Below are positions 13,493-27,518 of a stretch of DNA of 64,000 nt, piece after piece. The position numbers were made by a program, and so were the translations under genes. The notes beneath the pieces were generated by a model that searched no databases, was not told the DNA's origin, and was given only the letters and a program-made list of their open reading frames with translations. How positions within the stretch are numbered: the stretch's first letter is position 1; each line of letters opens with the position of its first letter. This DNA is from Octopus vulgaris (Eukaryota), in assembly GCA_951406725.2 (NCBI GenBank), contig OX597819.1, positions 35,650,001 through 35,714,000 of the forward strand, in the 5' to 3' direction.

Positions 13493-13523
<31 letters not shown>
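12889..13523. repeat. Left arm of local inverted duplication (partner 18186-18768)
   Basis: Unique and cryptic GAT-rich sequence align colinearly in reverse complement. Confidence 0.9.
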
Positions 13524-13812
13524 AACGATATAGGCTGTACTGAAAATAATGCACAAGTGGGCATAACTTCTGCTATAAGTCCTCAGTTAATCAATGCTTT
13601 ATGAGAGAATTTGTAGGAGAAACTGTAGGAATCCCATCGTGTATTTCTGTTTGTGTGTATCTGTGCATGTGTGTGAGTGTGTGTGTGTATGTGTGCCTAT
13701 GTGTGTGCATATGTGTATCAGTGTGTGTGTGCTTGTATCTGTGTGTGTGTGTGTATGTGTATATGTGTATCTCTGTGTGTGCATGTATCTGTGTGTGTGC
13801 GCATATGTACCT

Positions 13813-13843
<31 letters not shown>

Positions 13844-14534
13844 CATACATGTGAGCGTGTGTGTGTGTGTGTGTGCATATATGTGAGCATGTGTGTGTGT
13901 GTATTTGCATGTGTGTATATATCTGTGTGTGTGTTTGTGAGTACATCTGTACATGCATGCTTGTGTATTAGTGTGTGTGTGTGTATGTGTGCACATGCAA
14001 TGAATATGCATCAACGTTAACAGTCCATGCTTGTCACCACCTGAGCACAAATGTAATAAATGTTGACATTCCTTGTTGACATTGTGACCAGTTGATCTGA
14101 AATTTTGATGACATTCAGAATAAAAAAAAAATCTCTTGCTTAAAAAACCTATTAGAGTTGGTGACAGGAAGAGCATCCAGTCATAATATTCCTGCCTCAA
14201 ATAAGTAGCTATCCAACTCATGCTTACATGAAAAGATGAACGTAAAACAAACGAATGAATCAGTTTTGACTTGGAGTATTCAGTTGTTTGACCAACGGAA
14301 TTCTTATTAATGAAATCAACTGGATGGTGGCTGAGTATTCCACTGATCTATACACCCATAACAGATGCAAGCATAGCTGTGTGGTTAAGATGCTCACTTT
14401 GCAACCACATTGTTTCAGGTTCAGTCTCACTGTATGGCACCTTGGGCAAGCGTCTTCTATTATAACTGTGGACCAACCAATGTCTTGTGAGTGAAGTTGT
14501 TAGTTGGAAACTGTATAGAAGCCCATCATATATG

Positions 14535-14583
<49 letters not shown>

Positions 14584-14585
14584 CT

Positions 14586-14903
14586 CTGTGACCGCTGTGA
14601 TCACCGTGACTGACCAGGCTATCAGATGTTGCTACACATCGTTGGTCACAATGCGCTTTGCATTGTTTTAGCCTTCAAATGACGCCACCACGCTGGCTAA
14701 GCGAGCAGGCCAACAGGAGAAAGAGTGAGAGAAAGTCATGGCGAAAGAGTACAGCAAGTATCACCCCCCCCACCCCCTGCCGGAGCCTTGTGGAGCTTTA
14801 GGTGTTTTCATTCAATAAACATTCACAACAGCCGCTCTGGGAATCGAAACTGCAATCCTACAACCGCAAGTCCGCTGCCCTAACCACTGGGCCATTGCGC
14901 CTC

Positions 14904-14904
<1 letters not shown>
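14586..14904 (-). mobile_element. tRNA-derived SINE family C
   Basis: Minus strand ggaggcgcaatggcccagtggttagggcagcggac...ggttg..gtttcgattcccag tRNA-like head. Confidence 0.85.
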
Positions 14905-14935
<31 letters not shown>

Positions 14936-14962
14936 CACACACGCATGCATGTGTTTGTACAG

Positions 14963-14994
<32 letters not shown>

Positions 14995-15254
14995 ATCAGG
15001 TAGGTAAGGTAAAGTTACCTTCTTGAGTTATGTCTACTGGTAAGGGCCAGTTTCCGGGTCTCCATGGCTTATAAATTCCCCACCTGGATGGGACGCTGGA
15101 ATTGAAACCACAATCTTACAATCATGAGTTTAACTATTAAGCTACACACCTCCATACACACGCACACACACGCGCGTATATATATATGCTTATATGCATG
15201 AATGTATATGTGTGTATGTCTTTGTCCCACTACCACTTGACAAATGGTGTTCGT

Positions 15255-15645
15255 TTACTCTTTTACTTGTTTCAGTCATTTGACTGTGGCCATGCTGGAG
15301 CATCACCTTTAGTCGAGCAAATCGACCCCAGGACTTATTCTTTGTAAGCCTAGTACTTATTCTATCGGTTCTCTTTAGCCGAAACCGCTAAGTTACAGGG
15401 GACATAAACACACCAGCATCAGTTATCAAGCGACGTTGGGGGGGACAAACACACACACACATACATATATATATACATATATACGACAGGCTTCTTTTAG
15501 TTTCCGTCTACCAAATCTACTCATAAGGCTTTGGTCGGCCCAAGGCTATAGTAGAAGACACTTGCCCAAGGTGCCACACAGTGGGACTGAACCCAGAACC
15601 ATGTGGTTGGTAAACAAGCTACTTACCACACAGCCACTCCTGCTC
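15255..15645 (-). mobile_element. SINE family A
   Basis: Colinear match to 6127-6537. Confidence 0.9.
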
Positions 15646-15884
15646 CCATAACTTAGTGCTATGGCTGATTTGTTTGGCTAAGCCCTCCAAGTTGATGCCC
15701 AAACTTTACTGCAGTCCACCAACTGAAACAAGTAAATAATAAAAGATGCCCTTTACATAATTCTTAGACTAAAATGAATATGAAACAGTGTGACATGGTT
15801 GTGCTTTTGAACCACTGCTGTAATCAAGAGACAAAAGAAAAGAAAAAGAAATGATGAAGAAGACATGACTCTTGTAAGCCTCAA

Positions 15885-16095
15885 TGAGACCTTCAACCAG
15901 CAGAAGCGAGGAAAACATTGCAGATGGGTTGCAGCAGTGAGGGGGAAATCGTTGAATCACCATCCATGAATTATCAGAGGATGTGCAGATTAATTACGGT
16001 TCAATTCAATTCATTATCAGTAAATATTTGGGTGTGAGACGCATGTCAGCCAAGTTTGTGCTAAAACTGCTTTCAGCTAACCAGAACGACACTCT
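15885..16095 (+). pseudogene. mariner transposase fragment (second HTH and linker)
   Basis: RPSTSRSEENI...ITIHELSEDVQINYGSIQFIISKYLGVRRMSAKFVLKLLS; overlaps homologously with 54080-54235. Confidence 0.75.
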
Positions 16096-16667
16096 TGATT
16101 GGGTCAAGAATGATGTAAACTTTTTGAAAACTTTGTGTAGGCTTCTGAATAGGTATCGCTAAACTTTTGGAAAAATTTGATGCAGATTCTCTACTCAACC
16201 TAAAAGAACATTAACTCTGAAGCATTAACCCTGGAAAAGAAACTAGTACAAGGCAGAAAGAGCTCTTTATTCTTGCCAACATATATATAGTAAAGTGAAT
16301 GCAGACAGACAGTACATTTAGCTGTGAAAAACACTGCTATAATAAAACATTGCATCTACAGCAATAGAGATTAGAGATGATGATGATGATGACAATCATG
16401 ATCATCATCATCATCGTCATTATCATCTTGATGATGATGATGTTGGTGGTGGTGGTGGTGTCAGTAGTGGTGCTGGGTTGTCAGTGTTGGTTGTGGTGAG
16501 GGGAGGTTATCATTGGTGGTGGTGGTGATGGTGGTGGTGGTGGTGGTGGTGATGATGATGATGATGATGTTGATGGTAGTGACAATCATGACGGCAATGA
16601 CAGCAACATGTATGATGAAGAGAGATGAAGGAGGAAAAGGAGTAGAGAAGAAAGTGAATATCACTCC

Positions 16668-16704
<37 letters not shown>

Positions 16705-16717
16705 ATACATACATACA

Positions 16718-16766
<49 letters not shown>

Positions 16767-16784
16767 ATATACATACATACATAT

Positions 16785-16815
<31 letters not shown>

Positions 16816-17043
16816 CAAATATGTTTCATATCTGGTGTACAATGAATGAAGCTACAATCTCAATAAACTATAACCACTTATAAAGCACAATCTCCTTGCA
16901 ATGTAACATTTCCTCTAACAAGCATCCAATTCATTCTATAAAACTATAACAATGAACAATACCAAACTTATTTACAACACGCACTTAAAACAATACAGAC
17001 CCATACACTCATATACATATACATATATCTATATATATATGTG

Positions 17044-17596
17044 CAAGGTCTGATCAGTAAGTATCCAGACTGTTGCCATAGTAACAAAGCTAAAGCATGC
17101 AGAGTAAAGCTGCTTGGCAAAGATTGACTTTTAACATTTTAGCTCACTTCTGCTCTTTACAGCAGTGCTTGGAAGGAAAGTGTGTAGCGTGTGATTGTCA
17201 CATTGATCTCGACAGAGAAAGTTATCATAGCGATACCTGCTCAGAGGTCAACGCAAAGTTGCAGAAAATTTATAGAGAGGGGTGTATGAGCCACACAGAA
17301 GTGTACGAGTGGTTCAGATATTTTCCAGACGGGCAAAAAAAAATGTTGATATTGACGAACGTTCTGGGAAAAAAATGTTGATACTGACAAACGTTCTGTC
17401 AAGGTCAATGCCATGACCATACGTTACACATCTTCCTTCCCAGCACTTCTGCAAACAGCAGAAGTGAGCTAGAATGTTAAAACTTAGTTCACATGCACAG
17501 CAAAGTTCAAGGTCAATCTGTGCCAAGTGGCTTCACTCTGCATGCTTTAGCTTTGTTACTATAGCAACAGTCCTGATACTTATTGATAAGACCATG
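17044..17596. mobile_element. mariner 5' end folded back on itself (long-TIR derivative)
   Basis: 17044-17215 is the reverse complement of about 17396-17596; encloses HTH EVNAKLQKIYREGCMSHTEVYEWFRYF; same family as 53731-54235. Confidence 0.8.
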
Positions 17597-17622
17597 TAGA
17601 GAGAGAGAAACATAAATATGGT

Positions 17623-17925
17623 CTCTCATTCAATTGTGTCCCACACGTAATAATCAAAGTTGTTGCTGTCTGGGGGATGAGGTGGCCAGATGTTAGAGGT
17701 GATGTGGTCACAGAATTTGTCTGACAGCCGCGACTGAGTTCTCCTGCTTGTGTGGCATGGTACAGAGTCCTGTTGTCAGACATAGGATCGTCCAGCAGCC
17801 ACCCTCTTGACCCAGAGCAGCACTACCTCCTTCAGGCAGTTGATGTAGACCTACATGTTGAGTTTGAAGCTGTGTGGGAAGATGAATGGAGGCATAACGT
17901 TACCATCGCAAGTGATCACTCCATC
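17623..17925 (-). pseudogene. Tc1/mariner (maT-like) transposase catalytic-domain fragment
   Basis: GVITCDGNVMPPFIFPH...QQDSVPCHTSRRTQ...IWPP...DYYVW with stops and a frameshift. Confidence 0.75.
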
Positions 17926-18185
17926 CATGTGTGCATGCATGCTTGCATATGTGTGCATGCGTGCATGCATGTCATTGGACATGTAATTGCTAAGGCAATG
18001 CCAATTTGCAGGCTGAAAGGTTAATGACATCAATCTTGACACTAATGTTGTAGAGGAAGAGATTTCAGGTATTACTAAAATGCCATTAATTGTGTTGATG
18101 GAGGTGGGGGGGGGATTGCTATTTTCAGAAATGCATTCTTGTGACAACCTGGAATCCTTTGCATTTGGAATCCATGTGAAGAAAC

Positions 18186-18230
18186 CATCATCATCATCAC
18201 CATCACCACCACCACCACCATCACCACCAC

Positions 18231-18269
<39 letters not shown>

Positions 18270-18768
18270 GATCGTCATCATCAATGCTGTTGTCATTGTC
18301 ATTGGTACAACTACCATCATCATTGCTACAATCTCAATATTACCAGCATCTTCTGTTATCATCATCATCATTGCGGCCATTATTGTCAAATAATCATCAA
18401 CATCATCATTGTCTTCGTCATCCTCATCCTCATTGTCATTGTCGTCATTGTCGTCATCATCAAGATCACCACTATCATCATCATCACCATCATCAACAAC
18501 ACTGTTGCTACAGTCATTGGTACCACCACCATCATCATCATCATCTGTACAATCTCACAACATTGCCAGCATCTTCTGTTGTCATCATCATCATCATCAT
18601 CATCATCATTCCTATATAGCTACACAACCGGTAAGATATATAGCAGCTAAATCTTCCTCCAGTTTGTTGCCTACTACCTCAAAAAATGAGGGGAAAATAT
18701 TGGATGATATAAGGCTTAGAAAATAGCAACAAACACGAAGGTCAGGAATGGAACGTCTTTGATGATAG
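18186..18768. repeat. Right arm of local inverted duplication (partner 12889-13523)
   Basis: Reverse complement of 12889-13523 at roughly 90% identity. Confidence 0.9.
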
Positions 18769-19521
18769 AATTCCTTTCTCTCTTCCCATCACCTTCTACT
18801 TCTCCCCTCCAAATACACCCAGAACATACCCCAAACTTTTTCATTGGTCAAAATTCATTAACAACCCTCAGTTATACATCTACTGCTTCCAACATAAATG
18901 CCATATCACCTGAAGAAATGAACACATGAATATGATCCACCATGGATACTATGGACTGTACTGTAATCATCCCAACAATACAGTCTATGATCATTAGAAA
19001 CATGTGATTTGTGGAAATGCCCGTAGTGATGCATTAACATATATATAAATTCCATAGTTTATTATCATTATTATTATCACTATATTTCTCCTACATTATA
19101 TTGGAACAGCTCAGTGCAAACCCCCAAAATCTGCTATTGCTAGTTGGTATCATTAAGCTGTTGCCTGCATAATAAAGTCAGAGCCTTTGAGCATTTATAA
19201 GCATAGTCAGGAACATTTCCTGTAAATGAACCTAAAGGATAAACATATATATATGTGTGTGTACATATGTGTGTGTGTATATATATATGTATATATATAT
19301 ATATATATTACTGTCACTGTCACCATGACCGACCAGGCTATCAGATGTTGCTACACATCGCTGGTCACAATGCGCTTTGCATTGTTTTAGCCTTCAAATG
19401 ATGCCACCCGCTGGCTAAGTGACCAGGCCAATATATATATATATGTACACACACACATAGCTATGTTTATATGCATATAAACATATATTTATACACATTG
19501 ATATGTTTATATGAACATATA

Positions 19522-19555
<34 letters not shown>

Positions 19556-19558
<3 letters not shown>

Positions 19559-19783
19559 CTTTCTTTTACTTGTTTCAGTCATTTGACTGTGGCCATGCTG
19601 GAGCACTGCCTTTAGTCGAGCAAATCAACTCCAGAACTTATTCTTTGTAAACCTGGTACTTATTCTATCGGTATCTTTTTCTGAATCACTACGTTACAGG
19701 GACGTAAACACACCAGCATCAGTTGTCAAGTGATGTTGGGGAGGCAAACACAGACACACGAACACATACACACACACACACAT

Positions 19784-19816
<33 letters not shown>

Positions 19817-19973
19817 CATACATATATACGATGGGCTTCTTTCAGTTTCCGTCTACCAAATCCACTCACAAGACCTTGGTCAGCCCGAGGCTATAGTAGA
19901 AGACACTTGGCCAAGATGCCACACAGTGGGACTGAACCCATAACCATGTGGTTGATAAGCAAGCTACTTACCA
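19556..19973 (-). mobile_element. SINE family A
   Basis: Colinear match to 6127-6537. Confidence 0.9.
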
Positions 19974-20360
19974 TGTAAATACATCTATATATGTATATAC
20001 ATGCATATATATATATACATGTATGTGTCTGTTTTGTGTGTGTTGTGTGTATATGCATCTGTTTGTATTTTTCTATGCATGTATATATATGTGCTTCACA
20101 CACACACGCACGCACACACACACACACACACATATCACACACACACACACACACACACACATATCATACACACACACACATATACACTCTACATGTTGAC
20201 TAGGGACACTCACTGCTATTGTGAACTTTAGGATTCTTACCATTGATATTTGAAACAGTATTCAGAAAAGAATAAATCAATATTTATGGTATCAGCTGAC
20301 TTCTAGAGAAAAAAACAACAACAAAAAGCAAAAACAATAAACAAAAAAACAAAAACTAAA

Positions 20361-21126
20361 CACTTTGGTAAGTATCTTTATCTCTTCAACCCCAATAGAA
20401 TTATATTATTGGTCACGTTAGCTGCTGACTTAGAGAAAACTCACCCTTCATATATACAATGCTACAATCAAAATGTAATTAGATTTATTCACATATTTTT
20501 CAATGCTTCTGTATTTATGTTCTAAATGTAAATAAACTTACTTGCTGTTAAGATGAAAGTGTTTAATTTGATGGGAGAAATATGTGAGGTTCCTTTAGTT
20601 TAATTGGTAGTATGTCTGGCTTAGAGAAGATGTGTGATTTGAGTTTGAAGGCAGCTTTTTGACTTTTTTTTTCTTTTCTCCATCCAATTTATTATAAGAT
20701 ATTATTTATAGCAGAATTTGCTTTGAGATGAATCGTTGATAAAAAATTGATTCTTATAATTAGACATGGAAAAAGACCAGCTGAATCTATAAAAGTGCAA
20801 ATCTTCCACAGATGTTGTCAAAGGATCACTAAGAATTTCTTGTGATGGCCAAGTGTATGTAGTGTGTGCATGTGAGTATGTGTGTGTGTTTGTCTGTACG
20901 TGTAAGTGGGTTTGTGCGCATGCACGTGTGTTTGATTGTGTGTGAGTGTGTGTGTGCATGTGTGCGTGTGTGCTTGTGTGTGTATGTGTGTGTGCTTGTG
21001 CGTGTGTGTCTGTGTTTGTGCATGTGAGTGGGTTTTTGTTTGCATGTGTGTCTGTTTGTATGAGTGGGTTTGTGTGCATGCATGTGTGCTTGCATGTGTG
21101 CTTGCATGTGTGGTGGTGGTGGTGGT

Positions 21127-21161
<35 letters not shown>

Positions 21162-21593
21162 TTGTATCTATGTCTGTGTGGTGTATGTGTAATCTACGGG
21201 ATACTAATGCTATGAGGTGATGGAAGATGCTCAGCTGTTTACACATAACCACAATGAGGTCAGAGAGGGGTCATAAGAAATGATACAGACCTGTCAAGAC
21301 TTGATTGGCAATGGTAGAAGAGAGCTGAACAGACATGGGCCTGGTCTGGAAGCAGGTCTATGACAGGGTTTGTGACTGTAAGGTAGTCACAAAACAAAAC
21401 AAAAAAAAACCCCACTTTGGTAAGTATCTTATCTCTTCAATCCCAATAGAATTATATTATTGGTCACGTTAGCTGCTGGCCTAGAGAAAACTCACCCTTC
21501 ATATATACAATGCTACAATCAAAATGTAATTAGATTTATTCACATATTTTTCAATGCTTCTGTAATTATGTTATAAATGTAAATAAACTTACT
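20361..21593. repeat. ~182-bp direct duplication (20361-20542 / 21413-21593)
   Basis: cactttggtaagtatc...gtaaataaacttact occurs twice with few substitutions, each preceded by an A-rich tract. Confidence 0.9.
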
Positions 21594-24500
21594 GTATATA
21601 TGTTCTAAATGTAAACTGTTTCACATAGATCATTGGGTGGTGCTCATCACCCAATGCTCTATGTAGAACAGGGGAATTAAGAGTATGATAATTAGATGTT
21701 AAATTTTCTTAACAGAATTGATGTTATAATGATCATCCATTATATGCAATAAAATGAGTTCTAGCAGCCACTGGTGAGAAGTTAGATGAATTTCTGCCTT
21801 GTTAAGCATTATCAATAGTATATACTCACAGCCAACCACACCCCGAGATGAAATTTATCACTATTCATGTAGGATAACAATGAGTAAGCAATCACTGGTG
21901 TTGTGAATAGCTGCTCAGTTGAATAAAGGCATTTTATATGCAACAGGTGCAATATTAGATCAAAATAGCCATCTTTGTATCATACATAATGTACATACAT
22001 CTACCTTAGATATATATATTGTGCAGTTAAACATAGAACATTTGTAAAAGATATCTCTGGATGACACCTACGCTTATCCCTCTTTCATACTTTAGCCTTT
22101 TAACACCTGGTATACAAACAATCACCCCCAACTTTCCCTCCCAAATCCTTCTTCATAGTTGTGGTAGCTTTTTTTCCTTCCTTTCTTTTTCCTCCTTCTC
22201 TGTTCTTTTCTGTCTTGCAAGTTACATGGCTATCTCACTGGCGCTGGTGGCACAGGGAAAGCACCTAGTTCACTCTGTAAAGTGGTAGCACTGGAGGCAC
22301 GAAAAAAGCACTCAATACATTCTGTAAAGTGGTTACTGATAGGAAGGGCACCCAGCTGTAGGAACCATGCCAAAAATAACATTGGTGGTTGATGCTGCCC
22401 TGCAGCTCACCAGTCCCATGTCGAACTGCCCTACTTACGCCAGCATAAGAAAGTGGACATTAAATGATGATGATGATGATGGATACTGCAGTAAATTTGC
22501 CTTTCACAAATGTATTTGCATTAAGCATGTGTGAAAGTGCATGGTTTAGTGGTTAGGGTATTCAACTCTGTAAAGTACTATCTGTAAAATGGTTAGTATT
22601 AAGGAAAGGCATCCAGCCATATAAACCATGCCAAAACAGACAAATGGAGCCTGGTGTAGCTCCCTAGCTTGCCAGCTCCTGTTGAGCCATCTAACCCATG
22701 CCAGCATGGAAAGTAGACGTTAAATGATGATGATGATGATGTGCTTGTGTGTGTGTGCACGTGTATGTGTGTGCGTGTGTGTGTGTGTATGTGTGTGTGC
22801 ATGTGCATGTGTGTGTGTGTGCATGTGTACATGTGTATGTGCATCTATATGTGTGTGTGCATGTGTGTGTGTGTGCATGTGTGCGTGTATGTGTATGTGT
22901 GTGTCTTTGTATCAATGTTTGTCCCCCATCACTGCTTGATAACCCATGATGGTATGTTCATGTCCTCCTGTAACTTAGCAGTTCAGCAAAAGAGACCAAT
23001 AGAATAAGTACCAGGCTTAGATAAAAAATAATGAGGTACTTGGGTTGATTCATTTGATGAAAATTCCTCAAAGCGGTGCTCCAACATGGCCACAGTCTAA
23101 TGACTGAAACTAATAAAAGATAAAAAAAACCAAAGAAGAAATCTATATTTTTAAAATCTAAAGATAAGAATATTGAATTGAGATTGAAATCTCTAAACAG
23201 AATTATTAAACTTCAATATAATAGAAAAATGTATTTGCTGATAATGTGATAATGTGTTATGTGACCAGTGAAACTGTTGAGAAAGTTTAGTATATGGACA
23301 TAGGTATGGCTGTGTAGTTAAGAAGTTCACTTCACAATCATGTAATTCTAGTTCAATACTACCATGTGGTACTTCAGGAAATCATCTACCACTGTATCTT
23401 CAGATCAGCTCAAGGCTTGTAAGAGGAAATGGTTGTTAGAATATATGTGGAAGACAATTTTATAGATTGTATCTGTTCTTGGGTGGTAAACCCAATTTGT
23501 CTTCTGGTCCTATGTCACCACCTGGTCTTTTGGTACCATTTTGGATGAGACTCCTGTATTGCAGTCCTTTAAGCCAAGTTACCAGTCAGAAGATAACCCA
23601 TGAATTATGGTTTCTTCCCTTTTTCCTGCTCCATCAATTTGGAAGAGACTGTAAAAAAAACAACTTAGAATTGCTAATCTTCCTCTTTTAGTAAAACCTT
23701 TGAAAAACATCCATAAATTTTAAGTTAACGAAGCATTACTAATTGTAGATTAACTGTATAGCTCCAGCATGGCATGTCTCAATGGTTTGAATCGGGCAGA
23801 GTTAGTGCAAAGTTTGTATCTTGATGTCACACCACTCGTCTTCAGTCAAGTCTGTCTCCTTTCTCGTTTCTTCTAATTAATAAATGGAGAAATGGAAGGT
23901 AATAATATATTAAAAACGGTAACAACGGAATGTAATAAGGCTATAATCTGGTAGAATCATTAGAAAATCTGGCAAAATACTTCGTGGCATTTCACCCATT
24001 CTTATGTTCTGAGTTCAAATCCCGCTGACGTTGACTTTGCTTTTCATCCTATTGAGGTTGATATAATAAGTGCCAGTTGAGCACTGGGGCTGATGTAATC
24101 GACTTACTCCTTCCCTGAAACTGCTGGCTTTGTGCCAAAATTTGAAACCAGTAATGGCAGGAAATAATACACTAATAATAGTATGTTTTCATGGAACAGA
24201 TTTATTAAATTTTTTCATTATTTTCATAATTTTCATTACAGATGAAAATCATGATTTATTCATTTCACTTATACCTTGACATATTATCATACCTGGACAT
24301 ACTACTTTAGGCCTTAAGCTCTTTCATTTGTTTTACCTATTGCAGTTGAGACCACACAGGAGCAATGTCATATGTATTCTTATTCATTTAGTCATTTGAA
24401 GGTTACTTTTCTTTTGTGTAACTCTAAATATAGAAGACAAATAAATTGGGGAAAGCAAAAAAAAAAGTACAAAAGAATTAAACGGTGATTTTTCTCATGA

Positions 24501-24599
24501 AAGCACAAACTAGTCAACCTTGACATAGATTTCACTTCTATTGCTGTTCTCATACTTCTTTCTGATTCTTTTTTATTGACGTCACTAGGACTGGGAATC

Positions 24600-24618
24600 C
24601 ATCATTATCATCATCATC

Positions 24619-24650
<32 letters not shown>

Positions 24651-25135
24651 CATTTAACATCTGTTGTCCATGTTAGCATGGGTTGGACGATGTGACCAGA
24701 GCGGGCAAGCTGGGGGGACTGCACCAGTCTCTAGTCTGATTTGGCATGGTTTCTACAGCTGAATGCCCTTCCTAACACCAACCACTTTACAGAGCATGTA
24801 GCACTGCATGGGCATTTTTATGTGATACTGCATGGGTGCTTCTAAATAGTACTGCATGGGCGCTTTCATGTAGCACTATGCAGGCACTTTTATGTGATGC
24901 CACATGGGTGCTTTTACATGACATCACCACAAATGCTTTACAGTCAACATATCCAGTGGAGCACACTAGCCTCATTCCTTTCTAACCTTTGCATGTCCTC
25001 TGCATTCAGGGCCCATGTCTCACTACCATATAGAATTGCCGTCTGCACACATGCATCATACAATAGAGAGAAACCTTTCATAGCCAACAGAGGTAAGAGC
25101 TCTCTGAATTTCCCCCAGCTTATTCTTATTTTAGA
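24600..25135 (-). mobile_element. RTE LINE fragment joined to (GAT)n-tailed repeat family E
   Basis: LYDACVQTAILYGSETWALNAEDMQRLERNE at 24944-25135; 3' part matches 50714-51042. Confidence 0.75.
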
Positions 25136-25742
25136 TATCCAATGGTGTGTGATAATTAGTGATTTGCACAGAATTACCGTAAAAACACATGTAATTTGTG
25201 CACTCGTGTAATTTACACAGGTGATTTCCAGGATAGAATTTGTTAAAAAAAAGCTTCTACTCATGTAAAATTCGCTCTCAAAAGTTTTCAGAATTGCCGA
25301 TGTAGCCAGGGGTAAAAGGTTTCCAATTTAGTTGTATTTTAGCATAATTTCACTTACTTATGACTAGATTTTATAAAATTTTCATTAAATAAAAATAATT
25401 TCTGTTTAATAGGTATTACATTGAAAGTTATTAAATTACAAAGTGTTTGTGTTGTTTATAATAAACTTTATTTAACATTTCTTGCCCACAAGGGATTATG
25501 TCCGATCTTCAGCATACTGCTGTATGTCTTCTCAAATCATGATCAGAAGAAAAGTTGTTGATAAGAATTACCAACAAAAACAAAGCTGATAAATACACAC
25601 AGGTGTTTCAAATTAAGTTTAATTACCAATAAACATCAGCTTGGATGTTACTTTACTCAACCAACAGAGGAAGGTGACCAATCAAACTGATTATGTAAAC
25701 AGAATTCTTTTCCACCTATTTTTGTGGAACCTTTGATATGGA

Positions 25743-26112
25743 GTATCAAAATTTTAATCCCTTTCACACTTATAAAATGTCAAGCAAACTTAAAAATTTG
25801 TCATTACTGTTATTGTCAGTATGTGCAGAACTTATGAATCGTTTACTGCAAAAGAGAAATTAAATATGTTGAATATACATATGTTGAATGTATACATATG
25901 TTGAATATACATATGTTGAATATGCATATGTTGAATATGCATATGTATATTCAACATATGTATACATTCAACATATGTATATTCAACATATTTAATTTCT
26001 CTTTTGCAGTAAACGATTCATAAGTTCTGCACATACTGACAATAACAGTAATGACAAATTTTTAAGTTTGCTTGACATTTTATAAGTGTGAAAGGGATTA
26101 AAATTTTGATAC
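25743..26112. repeat. Perfect inverted repeat, 173-bp arms, 24-bp spacer
   Basis: 25743-25915 is the reverse complement of 25940-26112; centre is a 16-bp tandem catatgttgaatatr. Confidence 0.95.
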
Positions 26113-26877
26113 ACAAGAAGCTGGAGAAGTTTGAAATAGCAACTAAATCACTCTCAAATACCACTACTGTCTTCAATAATGAAGGACACATTCATTGTTC
26201 AATGTAGACTCTGATATAATAAAAGAAGGACGGTTCCTGTGGAAAAGCATTTAATCATAGGTCTGACCAGGAGCTAAACATTTAATCAAGGCTGATCAGG
26301 AGCTAAACAATAACATTGACAACAATATGTTAAATAGGCAACATGCAAAATCAGATATTCCAATGGAAAGCAACAACTGATCTATTGTGCCTGTGTTAAT
26401 TTTAGTCATCATCATCAAGACTATAGTTTCAAGGTGCCTTCAGTATAGTTAAAAACAGAGAAGTATTGGACCAAACAATAACATGTACAGAAATTTTAAG
26501 AGCGATATTAAGCAAATGATAGGACCCAAAACACTAATTATAGTCCTCCAAAATATTAATTATTAATCTCCAAAATGATACTTATAGACTCCCAAAATGA
26601 TTATTATTGGCTTCCAAAATTATAAATACAGGTTTCCAAAATGATAATTATAGATGACCACAATTATTATTATCATAGATTAGATTTCTAAAATGATAAT
26701 TATAGGCTTATAAAATCAATTTTAAATCTACTGAAGTACTTTTTAAATGTTTTTTTTTTTTGCTGTTGATTTGTTGACATAATTTATGCTAATTTTCAAA
26801 AGGTAACTACTACCTCAAGTACTATACTGCTGTTATCAAATCCTAGATAATATCCAAAGAAAGGTCACCAGTCTCAT

Positions 26878-27194
26878 TGTTGTTGTTGTTTGTTTGTTCC
26901 TTCTTGAGCCATGCCTGGTTCATAAGGGCCGGATTCCTGGTTTCTTGGGGTATAGGTTCCCCACCTGGATGGGATGCCAGTCTGTCGCAGGTGAGCTGCA
27001 AGATGCAGGAGGAAAGAGTGAGAGAAAGTTGTGGCAAAAGAGTCAGCAGAGGTTCACCATTACCTTCTGCCAGAGCCGCATGGATCTTAGGTGTTTCACT
27101 CATAAACACACACACCGCCCGGTCTGAGATTCGAACCCGCGATCCCTCGACCACGAGTCCGCTGCTCTAACCACTAGGCCATGTGCTTCCACCA
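26878..27194 (-). mobile_element. tRNA-derived SINE family C variant
   Basis: Reverse complement of 53163-53465; (aac)n tail. Confidence 0.85.
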
Positions 27195-27480
27195 CCAGTC
27201 TCATTGGTAGGAAGCTACTCATCAATAGATTCCAAGCTCTGTCTTTCCAATGATACTACATCAGTCTTTACCAATCTGGCTAGATGGCAGGCCCTCATAA
27301 ATGCAGCTAAATTATAATCCTTTGTTTCATTCAGTTTGGTTGAGGTGTTGGACAGTTGATGCTGAGAAATAGATTTAGATAAGCAGTTAAATAGTTGATA
27401 CTTTGAACAAACATTTACAGGAGTTACTAGGATGTTTAGTTCTATGGTAACTGCATCAATGATTTTGTAAATCTTTATAT

Positions 27481-27482
<2 letters not shown>

Positions 27483-27518
<36 letters not shown>

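Noticed and set aside
14860-14904. tRNA-like sequences here and at 29753, 37626, 53163 and SINE A heads
   Set aside because: They are SINE heads continuing into repeat bodies; no complete cloverleaf with acceptor stem.
25865-25990. Short regularly repeated units suggestive of a CRISPR array (also 24800-24920 and 26520-26710)
   Set aside because: Tandem units without unique spacers, no cas genes, eukaryotic context.
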